This document shows positions 50,206 to 59,688 of a stretch of 64,000 nucleotides of DNA, in pieces (the stretch's first letter is position 1; each line of letters opens with the position of its first letter). The DNA lies in the IMG/VR virus record IMGVR_UViG_3300028829_002760, positions 1 to 64,000 of that record, one strand, 5' to 3'. The notes under the pieces were generated by a model. The model did not search any database. It had not been told where the DNA came from and saw only the letters and a program-made list of their open reading frames with translations. Source of the stretch: a virus. Made by a program: the position numbers and the translations under genes.

Positions 50206-51055
50206 AGTTACCAGAAAGTCTATGGTAATTAGACCTTCTGGTAGATCTACAGATTTTATTTCACCAAGTTTTGGACACGGCTGTCTTTACAATTGTAACT
50301 ACTGTTATATGAAAAGACACAAACCTGAAGGATTAAACATAGCAAAGAATTATACAGATATATTATCTGAAATAAATTCACATGCTACTTTTGATACTAC
50401 AGAAAAACCTAATCAAACTCATGATGAGTATATTACTTATGATATAAGTTGTAATGAAGATTTTGCATTACATTCTAAATATCATAAATGGAAAAAAATA
50501 TTTGATTTTTTCCTAGAACACCCTAAAGCAATGGGATCATTTGCAACAAAGTATGTTAATAAAGACTTTCTTAATTATGATCCTAAAGGTAAAATTAGAG
50601 TTAGGTTCAGTCTTATGCCTGAAAAATGGAGAAAGATATTAGAGCCAAATACATCTACTACATTTGATAGAATTATGGCAATTGACTATTTTATAGAAGC
50701 TGGTTATGATGTTCATATAAACTTTAGTCCTGTTATAGTAAATAATGATTGGTTAAAAGAATACAAAGTTTTATTTGAAAACATTAATTATTCTGTAAAT
50801 AATAAATACAAAGACAGAGTAAAAGCTGAAGTAATATTTCTTACTCATAATGAAAGTAGACACAAATATAATTTAGATAATAAATTACCTGGAGAAGATT
50901 TAATTTGGGATCCTGAAATACAGGAAACTAAAAAATCTCAATATGGTGGGAAAAATTTAAGATACAAACATGATTTCAAAGCAGAGTATATTAAACAATG
51001 GACAGAGGTTCATAATAATATTATACCCTGGAATACAATAAGATATATATTTTAG
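50189..51055 (+). CDS. Spore photoproduct lyase-like radical SAM protein
   Basis: GCLYNCNYCY (CxxxCxxC), FATK, RVRFSL, GYDVHINFSPVI; terminal YIF as in SplB family. Confidence 0.8.
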   Translation: MSLVTKVTRKSMVIRPSGRSTDFISPSFGHGCLYNCNYCYMKRHKPEGLNIAKNYTDILSEINSHATFDTTEKPNQTHDEYITYDISCNEDFALHSKYHKWKKIFDFFLEHPKAMGSFATKYVNKDFLNYDPKGKIRVRFSLMPEKWRKILEPNTSTTFDRIMAIDYFIEAGYDVHINFSPVIVNNDWLKEYKVLFENINYSVNNKYKDRVKAEVIFLTHNESRHKYNLDNKLPGEDLIWDPEIQETKKSQYGGKNLRYKHDFKAEYIKQWTEVHNNIIPWNTIRYIF

Positions 51056-51057
51056 TT

Positions 51058-51456
51058 ATGATAACACATTTTAAAGACAAACAATTAAAAAAACTTGTAG
51101 AAGATATAGCAAAAGAACATTATGATATAACTAGTGATTTAGGTTTATCTAATTTATCATATTTATGGTTTATGTACGCTAATGGATCTAAGAAAGGTGA
51201 TTTTAAACCTTTTATATTTTTAGCCGAAGTTAATTTATTAGTTAGATTAAATTATCTAGATAATGAAGAAAAAAGAAACATAATAGGGTTAATGGTTAGT
51301 TCTGATGAAGATAACATATACATAGCAGGCTTATCTATCCTTGAATTAAGGAAACAAAGAATAAAAGATTTGGGAAAATATACTAAAGATAATAAACACT
51401 ATGAGTTAGTAGATTATCATAAAGAAGTAATAAATACTGATGATTTTAAACATTAA
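51058..51456 (+). CDS. Hypothetical protein
   Basis: 132 aa ORF. Confidence 0.6.
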   Translation: MITHFKDKQLKKLVEDIAKEHYDITSDLGLSNLSYLWFMYANGSKKGDFKPFIFLAEVNLLVRLNYLDNEEKRNIIGLMVSSDEDNIYIAGLSILELRKQRIKDLGKYTKDNKHYELVDYHKEVINTDDFKH

Positions 51457-51873
51457 TAATAAAAATTATAATCTAAAATAAAAATGAGTAAAAAACTATA
51501 CATAAAAAGAAGATGGATAAGACATCTAATAAAAGTAAGTAATAAACTCAGTTTTAGATCAAAATTATAAAAAAGTTAAAATATGGATAAACCTTGTTAC
51601 AGTTGTCATGTTATAAAAGACACATCAGACATGGAAGAACTTGGAGTATGGGTGTGTAAAGATTGTTTAAAGAAAAAAAAGACAAAAAGTAAATGAGCAA
51701 GGGTAGAAAAAAAGGTAGTAAAAATAATGTAAGGAATGCTTCTAAAATAATTAAGAACTCTAAAACTAAGAAAATAGATAAAGAAAAAATTAAAAAGTTA
51801 ATAGAGTTAGCAAATGCTATTATTATTCCAGCATCTGAAATCTTACCTGAAACTTATAAAAAAAATATAAAAT

Positions 51874-52209
51874 ATGAGAGATAAACTAATCATTATAATA
51901 GAAAAACATGGTCTATGGTTCTTTGCTTTATGGTGTGTATTTTTAGTAATTGCTTTAACGAGTTGTTCAGAAAGATTTCAAAATTCAGATCAAAGATTAG
52001 AGAAAAGAAATAATGCTGAGGTAATTAATGCAAAGATTTATAAAACTGAGATTCATTCAGACATTATAGAAACATTTGAAATGGATGGCTATAAAGTTAT
52101 ATTATGGCATAACGGATATGGTAGTGATATGGAAGTTATTCCAATTGAAAATTCTACAATTAATAGTAATTGCTTTAACAAGCTAAACCAAAACAAAGAT
52201 GGTGAGTAA
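51874..52209 (+). CDS. Putative lipoprotein
   Basis: Hydrophobic signal followed by LTSC lipobox. Confidence 0.55.
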   Translation: MRDKLIIIIEKHGLWFFALWCVFLVIALTSCSERFQNSDQRLEKRNNAEVINAKIYKTEIHSDIIETFEMDGYKVILWHNGYGSDMEVIPIENSTINSNCFNKLNQNKDGE

Positions 52210-52591
52210 AGAATTTATACCATATGAAGAAGCATTAGCTTTGAAAGAGTTAGGATTTAATGAAAAAGAATGTTTGGGATTTTGGAGTAAAATTCACGGG
52301 TTGTTCATTACCAAAACAACAGGTGAGTTAAATGAAAATGCTGGTGAATGTAAAGCACCACTATACCAACAAGCATTTAGATGGTTTAGAGAAAAACATA
52401 GTCTATTTCATGTTATCACAATAGCAGATCTTGGAAAATATGAGACAGGTGATCCTGACTTTCAGTGTGCTATTTATAGTAAAGATCCTGTAGTAATTAC
52501 AAATATAGATACTTGTAATACATATGAAGAAGCAGAACTTGAATGTCTTAGAAAACTAATTGAAATTGTAAACCAAAACAAAGATGGGTAA
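52199..52591 (+). CDS. Hypothetical phage protein
   Basis: EFIPYEEALALKELGF..APLYQQAFRWFREK..TYEEAELECL family of Bacteroidota phages. Confidence 0.65.
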   Translation: MVSKEFIPYEEALALKELGFNEKECLGFWSKIHGLFITKTTGELNENAGECKAPLYQQAFRWFREKHSLFHVITIADLGKYETGDPDFQCAIYSKDPVVITNIDTCNTYEEAELECLRKLIEIVNQNKDG

Positions 52592-52997
52592 AGAAACATT
52601 ATTAGAGTTTAGATTAAGATTAAATAAAGACGTACCAGCGTATCACCAAAAGGGTTATGAAGATACTTTCTATATTAGTATTGAAAGTTTAGCAAGAGTA
52701 CCAATAGATAACCACTGGGATATTATTAGTGTGATGGGTAAACTAATTCTAAAAAGAAAATTAAAAAATTTGTATATAGAAATCCAAAATTACAAGGGGT
52801 ATGATTGTGGGCATAAAATGATGTTAATTATTAGTAGTGACTACTATAATTTAGTAAAGTCATTTAATGACGTAGCAGATAAACTGTCTAAAATGGATAA
52901 AGACTGTCCTAAATTTAGATTTGAATTAGAAGATAGAACTGCTGATATTGATGAAGATATGCCAGGAGAATTTGTAAAAATAAAAGAAGATGAGTAA
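52584..52997 (+). CDS. Hypothetical protein
   Basis: 137 aa cassette-like ORF. Confidence 0.6.
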   Translation: MGKETLLEFRLRLNKDVPAYHQKGYEDTFYISIESLARVPIDNHWDIISVMGKLILKRKLKNLYIEIQNYKGYDCGHKMMLIISSDYYNLVKSFNDVADKLSKMDKDCPKFRFELEDRTADIDEDMPGEFVKIKEDE

Positions 52998-53133
52998 ATT
53001 ATATTTAACAGCAAATAAAGAAGAGTTATTAAAAAAATATCCTAAAATGACACTTAAAGAATTGTATAAAAATAAAATGATACAGGATAAACCATTTATA
53101 GAACAAACAGGTAAACCAATAAAACCAAAATAA
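52990..53133 (+). CDS. 47-aa hypothetical protein (not in ORF track)
   Basis: MSKLYLTANKEELLKKYPK...; starts at junction motif. Confidence 0.55.
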   Translation: MSKLYLTANKEELLKKYPKMTLKELYKNKMIQDKPFIEQTGKPIKPK

Positions 53134-53135
53134 AG

Positions 53136-53255
53136 ATGAGTGAATTAATAAGTCTTTGTTGTAATGAGGAATTAATTTTAGTTGCATCTATTGATACAAG
53201 AAGATTATATAAATGTAGTAAATGCAAAAACTACACAAAACCAAAACAAAGATGA
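53136..53255 (+). CDS. 39-aa Zn-ribbon-like protein (not in ORF track)
   Basis: SLCC...YKCSKC; bounded by junction repeats. Confidence 0.6.
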   Translation: MSELISLCCNEELILVASIDTRRLYKCSKCKNYTKPKQR

Positions 53256-53327
53256 CTGAATATAAAACAGTATTTAAATTTAACATATTGGGTTATAAAA
53301 TAAGGATCTATAAAAAAAGATATAAAG

Positions 53328-53678
53328 ATGGCTGATAAAGATGTTATAAAAATGTGGACTGATAAAGACATGTTAGATTTTGCACGTATTTCTACTGAAG
53401 GTCCTTACGGTGACTATAGTGGTTGCAGAACAATAGAAAGTAAGTTAAGTAGGTATAAAAAAATACAGAAAGAAATGATTAACAGTGGTAAAGAATGGAA
53501 TTGGATGGATAATTATCCTAATAACTATCTTAAGTTAAAAAAAGAAAAAAAAGAAAAGGAGATAGTTGAACTAGCAGAAGAGATTAGTTTTAGACTATTA
53601 GCTACAAAAAAACATCCAGAACATAAATGGCTAATTAAAAAATTAAGTAAGGTTATTAAATCATTAGAAGATAAATAG
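53328..53678 (+). CDS. Hypothetical protein
   Basis: 116 aa ORF. Confidence 0.55.
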   Translation: MADKDVIKMWTDKDMLDFARISTEGPYGDYSGCRTIESKLSRYKKIQKEMINSGKEWNWMDNYPNNYLKLKKEKKEKEIVELAEEISFRLLATKKHPEHKWLIKKLSKVIKSLEDK

Positions 53679-53767
53679 AAGAACACAAAGAAAAAAAGCT
53701 TACTTATTTGCTTGCATTAGTTTATTTTTGAAGATTATTATAATGTATTTAATTTTAACTAGATAGT

Positions 53768-53944
53768 ATGGATGAAATAAAAATAGAAATTCAAATTAAA
53801 CAATTAAAAAGTAAACTAACAGGAAATTTACTTATTGACTCAGAAATTCATCAAGAAATTTATGAGCTAAAGAAAATTTTAAATCCTAAAATTGTTGAAC
53901 AACCCGAGCTAGATGATGATGAATGTCTTTCATGTGGTTCATAA
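53768..53944 (+). CDS. 58-aa protein ending DDDECLSCGS (not in ORF track)
   Basis: Translated directly from sequence. Confidence 0.7.
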   Translation: MDEIKIEIQIKQLKSKLTGNLLIDSEIHQEIYELKKILNPKIVEQPELDDDECLSCGS

Positions 53945-53954
53945 TATTTAAAGT

Positions 53955-54347
53955 ATGAGTAAAAATCAGAAATCAAGTAATAAACAATATAATGAGCATG
54001 GTAGAGAATATGCTCCATATAATGATGATATTATTATTGCACATTTAAATGGAATGTCAGATTTAGAAATAGCTAATGTTTTAGAGAGAAAAGTAAAAAA
54101 TCTTTCTAAACAAAGAACAAGAGTAATTCGTGATTTTGTATTAAATAATATAAGATCAATGAACTATTTTGTTTGGATGGCACATAAGCATAAGTTGGAA
54201 AATGATTTATTAATTGAAAAATTAAATGCTGTTGGAATTAAAATTGAAGTTGAAGTTTGTGATAAAGATATATCAGATGATATTAAAAATAATTTTAATA
54301 CTGTTTCAAATGGTAAAAAAATTAAAGATCCAAAATGGGAAGTATAG
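53955..54347 (+). CDS. Hypothetical HTH-like protein
   Basis: GMSDLEIANVLER. Confidence 0.5.
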   Translation: MSKNQKSSNKQYNEHGREYAPYNDDIIIAHLNGMSDLEIANVLERKVKNLSKQRTRVIRDFVLNNIRSMNYFVWMAHKHKLENDLLIEKLNAVGIKIEVEVCDKDISDDIKNNFNTVSNGKKIKDPKWEV

Positions 54348-54595
54348 CAGAAACAGATTTAATTAAACTTGGCTTTGAAAAAATCATAGTTAAGAATGAA
54401 GAAAGTCAAAACGGTTTTGATTACTATTATTATATTAAAGAGGTTTGTAAAAATGTCTTACTACATAGTACAGATAGTAAGGATGTTAAAAATGATAACT
54501 GGGAACTTAAATGTTATGAGATCCCTAGTATTAAAATTTCTAATATTTATAATTTTAATCAATTTATAGAAGTGTTGAACAATATAATTTGTTAA
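54335..54595 (+). CDS. Hypothetical protein
   Basis: 86 aa ORF. Confidence 0.55.
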   Translation: MGSIAETDLIKLGFEKIIVKNEESQNGFDYYYYIKEVCKNVLLHSTDSKDVKNDNWELKCYEIPSIKISNIYNFNQFIEVLNNIIC

Positions 54596-54951
54596 TAATG
54601 TTTAGTGGAAAATTTATAAAGAAAGACGGTAAAATTGTATATGATTCCCCAAAAGATAAATTATCCTATGAGATTTTTATAGGTAAGTTAAAAGAGGGTC
54701 AAAAAGTTGAAATGTATATAGATTTGGCTAGTTCAGATAAAAGTACAGCACAACTTGCAAAAGTACATGCGTGTATTAGAGAATTAGCAAAAGAATCTGG
54801 TAATACATTTGACGATATGAAAAATATTATAAAGAAAGAAGCAGGATTTGAAGATAAATCTTTTGCTGACTGTAGTAAAGATGAATTAATGTTTGCTATT
54901 GAAGCTTGTATAGATTTAGGTAAAAATTATTTTAATCTAAACCTTCATTAG
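54589..54951 (+). CDS. NinB/Orf-like recombination accessory protein
   Basis: STAQLAKVHACIRELAKESG.TFD.MK pattern. Confidence 0.45.
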   Translation: MLIMFSGKFIKKDGKIVYDSPKDKLSYEIFIGKLKEGQKVEMYIDLASSDKSTAQLAKVHACIRELAKESGNTFDDMKNIIKKEAGFEDKSFADCSKDELMFAIEACIDLGKNYFNLNLH

Positions 54952-55267
54952 ATTCAAGTTTAGGTTCTTCATATCCTTCATCACCAGGTTGAAGAACTTC
55001 TTTTTCTATAAATAAGTTATTTTCAGTAGCTTGTTTTTCTATTTCAGCTAGTAAAAGAACAATAGTATAAAATGCTCGTTGATCATCATCAAGATTTTCA
55101 TATTTATCATTCATGATTTTCTTAAAATACTCATCACCATTTTCTTTATCTGGAATATTCATTCCTTTTAATATTGTGTAAGATGCTGCTTTTGCCATCA
55201 TATAGTAACTTTTATTTACTTTTACGTCAAGCATTGCATCATCTTTTAACTCTTTTACTTTTATCAT
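54932..55267 (-). CDS. Hypothetical 111-aa protein on opposite strand (start MIKVK at 55267)
   Basis: Revised start removes overlap with ung; TATTTTTG (TAnnTTTG) upstream. Confidence 0.6.
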   Translation of the reverse strand: MIKVKELKDDAMLDVKVNKSYYMMAKAASYTILKGMNIPDKENGDEYFKKIMNDKYENLDDDQRAFYTIVLLLAEIEKQATENNLFIEKEVLQPGDEGYEEPKLESNEGLD

Positions 55268-55298
55268 AATAATGAATTTTAACAAAAATAATAAAAAT

Positions 55299-55997
55299 AT
55301 GCAATTAGAAGAAATTAAACTTAAATTGTTTGAAAAATTAAAACCTAGTGGGTGGGATAGAGTATTTAAATCTTTTATATTTAGTAGTGACTTTGACAAC
55401 ATAATTAAAAAATTATGGGATCTCAGTCAATCAGATAAAAGATTTACTCCTCCATTAAAACAAGTCTTTAGAGCATTTGAAGAATGTCCTTATAATGATT
55501 TAAAAGTTGTTATGATAGGACAAGATCCCTACCCTCAATTAGGAGTTGCAGATGGTATAGCTTTTTCTTGTTCTAATACAGGAAAAGAAAAACCATCTTT
55601 AAGATATATTTTTAAAGCAGTTGAAGACACTGTTTATCCTGGTGAAGGTCATTCTTGGGATCCAGATCTTAAAAGATGGTCTAATCAAGGTATTCTTATG
55701 TTAAACACAGCGTTAACAGTTGAGGTAGGTAAAATAGGTAGTCATTATGATATATGGAAACCTTTTACTGCTTATTTACTTGATTGGTTAACTAATTATA
55801 ATACTGGATTAATTTATGCCTATATGGGAAAAAAAGCTGAAGAATGGTCTGAACTTACTAATGACAATAATCATAAGTTTTTTGTTAAACATCCTGCTTC
55901 TGCTGCTTATAACGGGTCTAAGTGGGATTGTGATAATCTATTTACTAAAGTATCTAGCTTATCGAATAAATTAAATGGAGAACCTATAATTTGGTAA
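55299..55997 (+). CDS. ung: Uracil-DNA glycosylase family 1
   Basis: GQDPY, GIAFS, LMLNTALTV, SH, HPAS motifs; start likely second Met. Confidence 0.92.
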   Translation: MQLEEIKLKLFEKLKPSGWDRVFKSFIFSSDFDNIIKKLWDLSQSDKRFTPPLKQVFRAFEECPYNDLKVVMIGQDPYPQLGVADGIAFSCSNTGKEKPSLRYIFKAVEDTVYPGEGHSWDPDLKRWSNQGILMLNTALTVEVGKIGSHYDIWKPFTAYLLDWLTNYNTGLIYAYMGKKAEEWSELTNDNNHKFFVKHPASAAYNGSKWDCDNLFTKVSSLSNKLNGEPIIW

Positions 55998-56587
55998 TTA
56001 TGAATGAAATATTTAATTTATTGATTAAAGAGAATTTAACACCAAATTCTTTTTATATTTTATATTGTATAAAAGAAAATATAGTACCCTCTAAAATAGT
56101 ATCTAAAGAGCTAGAATGTAAGAGGTTAAGTAATCAAGAATGGATTGATGATAATTTGGAATTGACTACGAAAAGTATTATTTTTATGACTAAGATTGAT
56201 GCTTACTTTAAGAAATCTAAGAAGAAAACTTCTAAAATTTTAATGGGTGATAATTTCATGCAGAATATAGATGCATATGTAAAATTATTCCCTAATAAAA
56301 AGTTATCATCTGGTAAATATGCAAGAGTACCTGCTAAAAGTTTGGAAAATGCTTTTAGATGGTTCTTTGAGAATTATGAATATGATTGGCAAACTATATT
56401 TTCTGCAACTCAGAAGTATATTGGTGAATATGAAACTAAGAATTATGATTATATGAGGACATCTCGTTACTTTATTAGAAAACAGAATGTGGATAAATCT
56501 TGGGACTCTGATCTAGCTGTCTATTGTGAGTATTTAAATGATGCTCCTGAAAATGATGAAAACCCTTTTGAAGAATTAATTATATAA
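55991..56587 (+). CDS. Replication-associated protein (initiator/loader candidate)
   Basis: Directly upstream of DnaB; wHTH-like N-terminus. Confidence 0.4.
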   Translation: MVIMNEIFNLLIKENLTPNSFYILYCIKENIVPSKIVSKELECKRLSNQEWIDDNLELTTKSIIFMTKIDAYFKKSKKKTSKILMGDNFMQNIDAYVKLFPNKKLSSGKYARVPAKSLENAFRWFFENYEYDWQTIFSATQKYIGEYETKNYDYMRTSRYFIRKQNVDKSWDSDLAVYCEYLNDAPENDENPFEELII

Positions 56588-56597
56588 ACAAATTAAT

Positions 56598-57605
56598 ATG
56601 CCAAAACTCTTTGATGGTGCTAAGCACTTATTACCAGTTAGTGAAAGAGAGAGTCTAGAAAAAGGTCTTATTAAAATGAAAGCAAGAAGAGAAGGTAAAC
56701 TACCTTCTTTAATAAGTTCTTGGCCTAAATTTAATGATGCTTTTTGTGATGGACTTGAATGGAAAACAATTACTGTAGTGGGTGCAAGACCTGGTACTGG
56801 TAAAACACTTTTTATGGACCAATTAGTTTCAGATATTGTTAAGATAAACACTAATCAAGTGTTTAGAATTCTTAAGTTCCAAATGGAAATGGTAGATGAA
56901 ACTAGTGCTATAAGAAAGTTTGGTCTGATTACAGGTGCTGATTATAATACATTAATGAGTAAAGATGGAAAATTAGTTGATAGAGGTATTTATGACAAGT
57001 GTGTAGATTATTATAAAGAAAGTTCTAGGAATGATATTATAAATGTAATCTATGATGTATGTACTGTTAAAGAGATGTGCGCTTCAATTCATTATGAATT
57101 TGAAAGACATAAAAAATCTAATGGTGCATATCAGAACATGCTAGTTACAATAGATCATTCAGCTTTATTTGCTGTAGACTTTGGTCAGAAAGATAAATTT
57201 GCAATGTTAAATGCATTAGGAGAAGCATTGACTATGATGAAGAAAAACTATCCTGTTGCTTTTGTAGTATTAAGTCAATTAAATAGGAATATTGATGATC
57301 CCAAAAGACAGATAGAAGGTACGTATGGAAACTATGTTTTAGATTCTGATATTTATGGTTCAGATGCTTTATTACAACATGCAGATATAGTAATGGGGAT
57401 AAATAAACCTTCTATAAGAAAAATAAGAAAGTATGGACCTGAAAAATTTATCATTGAAGACCCTGATACTTTAGTGTTTCATTTCTTAAAATCACGTAAT
57501 GGTCTTATTAGAACTAGTTTTTTCAAATTAGATAGAACTACAATGAGAATAGAAGAAATGAATACTCCAGGTAGAGAAACAATAAAAACAATGAACCAAT
57601 ACTAA
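56598..57605 (+). CDS. dnaB: DnaB-like replicative helicase
   Basis: GARPGTGKT, QMEM, IDH, LSQLNR, SDIYGSDALLQHAD and KSRNG motifs. Confidence 0.9.
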   Translation: MPKLFDGAKHLLPVSERESLEKGLIKMKARREGKLPSLISSWPKFNDAFCDGLEWKTITVVGARPGTGKTLFMDQLVSDIVKINTNQVFRILKFQMEMVDETSAIRKFGLITGADYNTLMSKDGKLVDRGIYDKCVDYYKESSRNDIINVIYDVCTVKEMCASIHYEFERHKKSNGAYQNMLVTIDHSALFAVDFGQKDKFAMLNALGEALTMMKKNYPVAFVVLSQLNRNIDDPKRQIEGTYGNYVLDSDIYGSDALLQHADIVMGINKPSIRKIRKYGPEKFIIEDPDTLVFHFLKSRNGLIRTSFFKLDRTTMRIEEMNTPGRETIKTMNQY

Positions 57606-57615
57606 ATACTATGAA

Positions 57616-58212
57616 ATGAGTAAAAGAAAAGAAAAAGAAAGAGAATTTTATACACAACATATGGATGCTTTTAAAGCAATAGGTATTGCTGATCCATTTT
57701 TTACTATTAAAACAGCCTTTTTTAAGAAAGGTAAATATGGTAGACAATGTCAATTTTTTGAATGGGAATTGAAAAAAGAAGAGGATATATATATTGAGTT
57801 CTATGATAATGTTTATGATGATAATGGGAAGAGTACAGATATGATCCCCATGAATGATGATAGACAGTTATTTAAGCTAAAGTATAATCCGTACTATAAT
57901 GAAGAATATGATTGCATTGAACAATATGATTCTAAAGGTAATCCAGATAAGAAGTTTCTGGTACCCGTAAATGAAATGTCAGTAGTATTAAGAAGTGGGC
58001 AAGAAATTAGTCATAGCTTATATGAAAAAAGAAAAGAAGATGCTAAATCAGAAATTCCTGAACTACAAAAATCTACTACATTGTTTCCTGATTTTGAAGA
58101 AGAGTTTCCATCTAATAAAGTAATAAATGATGATGAATTTAAAAAAGCTTTAATAGATTTTGCACATAATTTGAAAAATGCAAGTGATGAATTAATAAAA
58201 AGAATATCATGA
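57616..58212 (+). CDS. Hypothetical protein
   Basis: 198 aa in replication operon. Confidence 0.6.
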   Translation: MSKRKEKEREFYTQHMDAFKAIGIADPFFTIKTAFFKKGKYGRQCQFFEWELKKEEDIYIEFYDNVYDDNGKSTDMIPMNDDRQLFKLKYNPYYNEEYDCIEQYDSKGNPDKKFLVPVNEMSVVLRSGQEISHSLYEKRKEDAKSEIPELQKSTTLFPDFEEEFPSNKVINDDEFKKALIDFAHNLKNASDELIKRIS

Positions 58213-58931
58213 GTACAATAGTATTACCAACAAAAAAAGTAAAAGCTGAAAGAGTAAATCCAAAAAGATTATTAGTTTATTCTAAGCCTAAAACAGGTAA
58301 GACAACTGCATTTGCAGGTCTTAAGGATAATTTAATTTTGGATTTAGAAAATGGTGCTGAATATGTAGAAGCATTAAAAATAAAAATTACTGATCTGCAA
58401 GAACTATTAGATACTGGTAAAGCAATTAAAGAAGCTGATAAACCATATAAATATGTAACTGTAGATACTGTAACAGCATTGGAAGAAATGATAATGCCTT
58501 TAGCAATAAAACAATATAAACAAACTCCCATGGGTAAAAACTATAGTGGAGATAATTTAACTACCTTAGCAAATGGTGCAGGATATTTATATATCCGTCA
58601 AGCATTTTTTCAAGTTTTAGATTTTATTGATACTTTAGCACCCACAATTATTTTATCTGGACACATCAAAGACAAAGTTGTTGATGATAAAGGAGAAATG
58701 GTTATGTCTGCTAATATTGATCTTACAGGTAAAATTAAATCTTTAATTTGTGCCAATTCAGATGCAATAGGGTATATGTATAGAAAGGGTAACCAAACTA
58801 TTATGTCTTTTAAGACTAATGATGAAGTTACGTGCGGAGCTCGTCCAGAACACTTACGTAATGAAGAAATAGTAATTACCGAAATGATTGATGGTGTTAT
58901 AAAAACATCATGGGATAAAGTTTTTGTTTAA
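58209..58931 (+). CDS. AAA ATPase (Sak4-like recombinase family)
   Basis: SKPKTGKTT, LDLENG, VDT, GH, DAIGY motifs. Confidence 0.75.
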   Translation: MSTIVLPTKKVKAERVNPKRLLVYSKPKTGKTTAFAGLKDNLILDLENGAEYVEALKIKITDLQELLDTGKAIKEADKPYKYVTVDTVTALEEMIMPLAIKQYKQTPMGKNYSGDNLTTLANGAGYLYIRQAFFQVLDFIDTLAPTIILSGHIKDKVVDDKGEMVMSANIDLTGKIKSLICANSDAIGYMYRKGNQTIMSFKTNDEVTCGARPEHLRNEEIVITEMIDGVIKTSWDKVFV

Positions 58932-58954
58932 TAATTAAAAAAAAAGAAAAAAGT

Positions 58955-59632
58955 ATGGCTTTAAGTACAGAAGACTTGGGAACTGGATCTGGATCTGGTT
59001 TACCAAAAACAATTAGTCCAGGAAATAACATTTTAAAAATTAATAGCATTACACTAGATGTATTTAAATTTATTGATAATGCTTATCATTTAATGTTACA
59101 TGTAGAAACTAAACCTATTGATGGGTTTGATGGTTTTTCTATTGATCGTAATAATCCAGATGCAGGAAATTATTCTGGACAAATTGGTAGAGTAAAAGCT
59201 AGTCAATATGCATTTGCAGATGGTGAAACTAAATCTGGGATTAAAATCCAAAGAGATAGATCTATTCTAATATTCCTACAAAATCTTTGTAAGAATTTAG
59301 GTATAAATGATTGGATGGCTAATCAGCATAATGAGCATGAAACAATTGAAGATTTTGTTAAAGCGTTTAATGATGAAGCACCATTTAAAGATAAATATCT
59401 TGAATACTGTGTGGCAGGTAAAGAATATGTAGGTAAAACAGGTTATACTAATTATGACATGTGGTTACCAAAAGCACAAAATGGAAAGTATGCATTTGGT
59501 CAAGTTGAAAATGGTAAAGTTATTACCTATGATGAGAATACTCATTTAAAAAAACTTGAAAATAAACCAGTAGAAAGTTTTGGGGATGACTTTTCTAAAA
59601 AGAAATCTAATAAAGATTTTTCTCTAGACTAA
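58955..59632 (+). CDS. Putative single-stranded DNA-binding protein
   Basis: Follows Sak4-like ATPase; acidic/aromatic C-terminus; followed by hairpin. Confidence 0.45.
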   Translation: MALSTEDLGTGSGSGLPKTISPGNNILKINSITLDVFKFIDNAYHLMLHVETKPIDGFDGFSIDRNNPDAGNYSGQIGRVKASQYAFADGETKSGIKIQRDRSILIFLQNLCKNLGINDWMANQHNEHETIEDFVKAFNDEAPFKDKYLEYCVAGKEYVGKTGYTNYDMWLPKAQNGKYAFGQVENGKVITYDENTHLKKLENKPVESFGDDFSKKKSNKDFSLD

Positions 59633-59688
59633 TAAATTAAGTATAGAGGGGAATCATATGGTTCCCCTCAACTTTTAAAATTTAGTCT

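Larger units (their letters stand above)
52184..53330 (+). repeat. Junction repeat AAACCAAAA(C/T)AAAGATG at small-gene boundaries
   Basis: Near-full copies ending in ATG at 52199, 52584, 53136 and 53252; degenerate AAGATG at 52990 and 53328. Confidence 0.8.

Noticed and set aside
55268-55402. N-terminal 45 aa of the 156-aa minus ORF
   Set aside because: Antisense overlap with ung; the Met at 55267 is the better start
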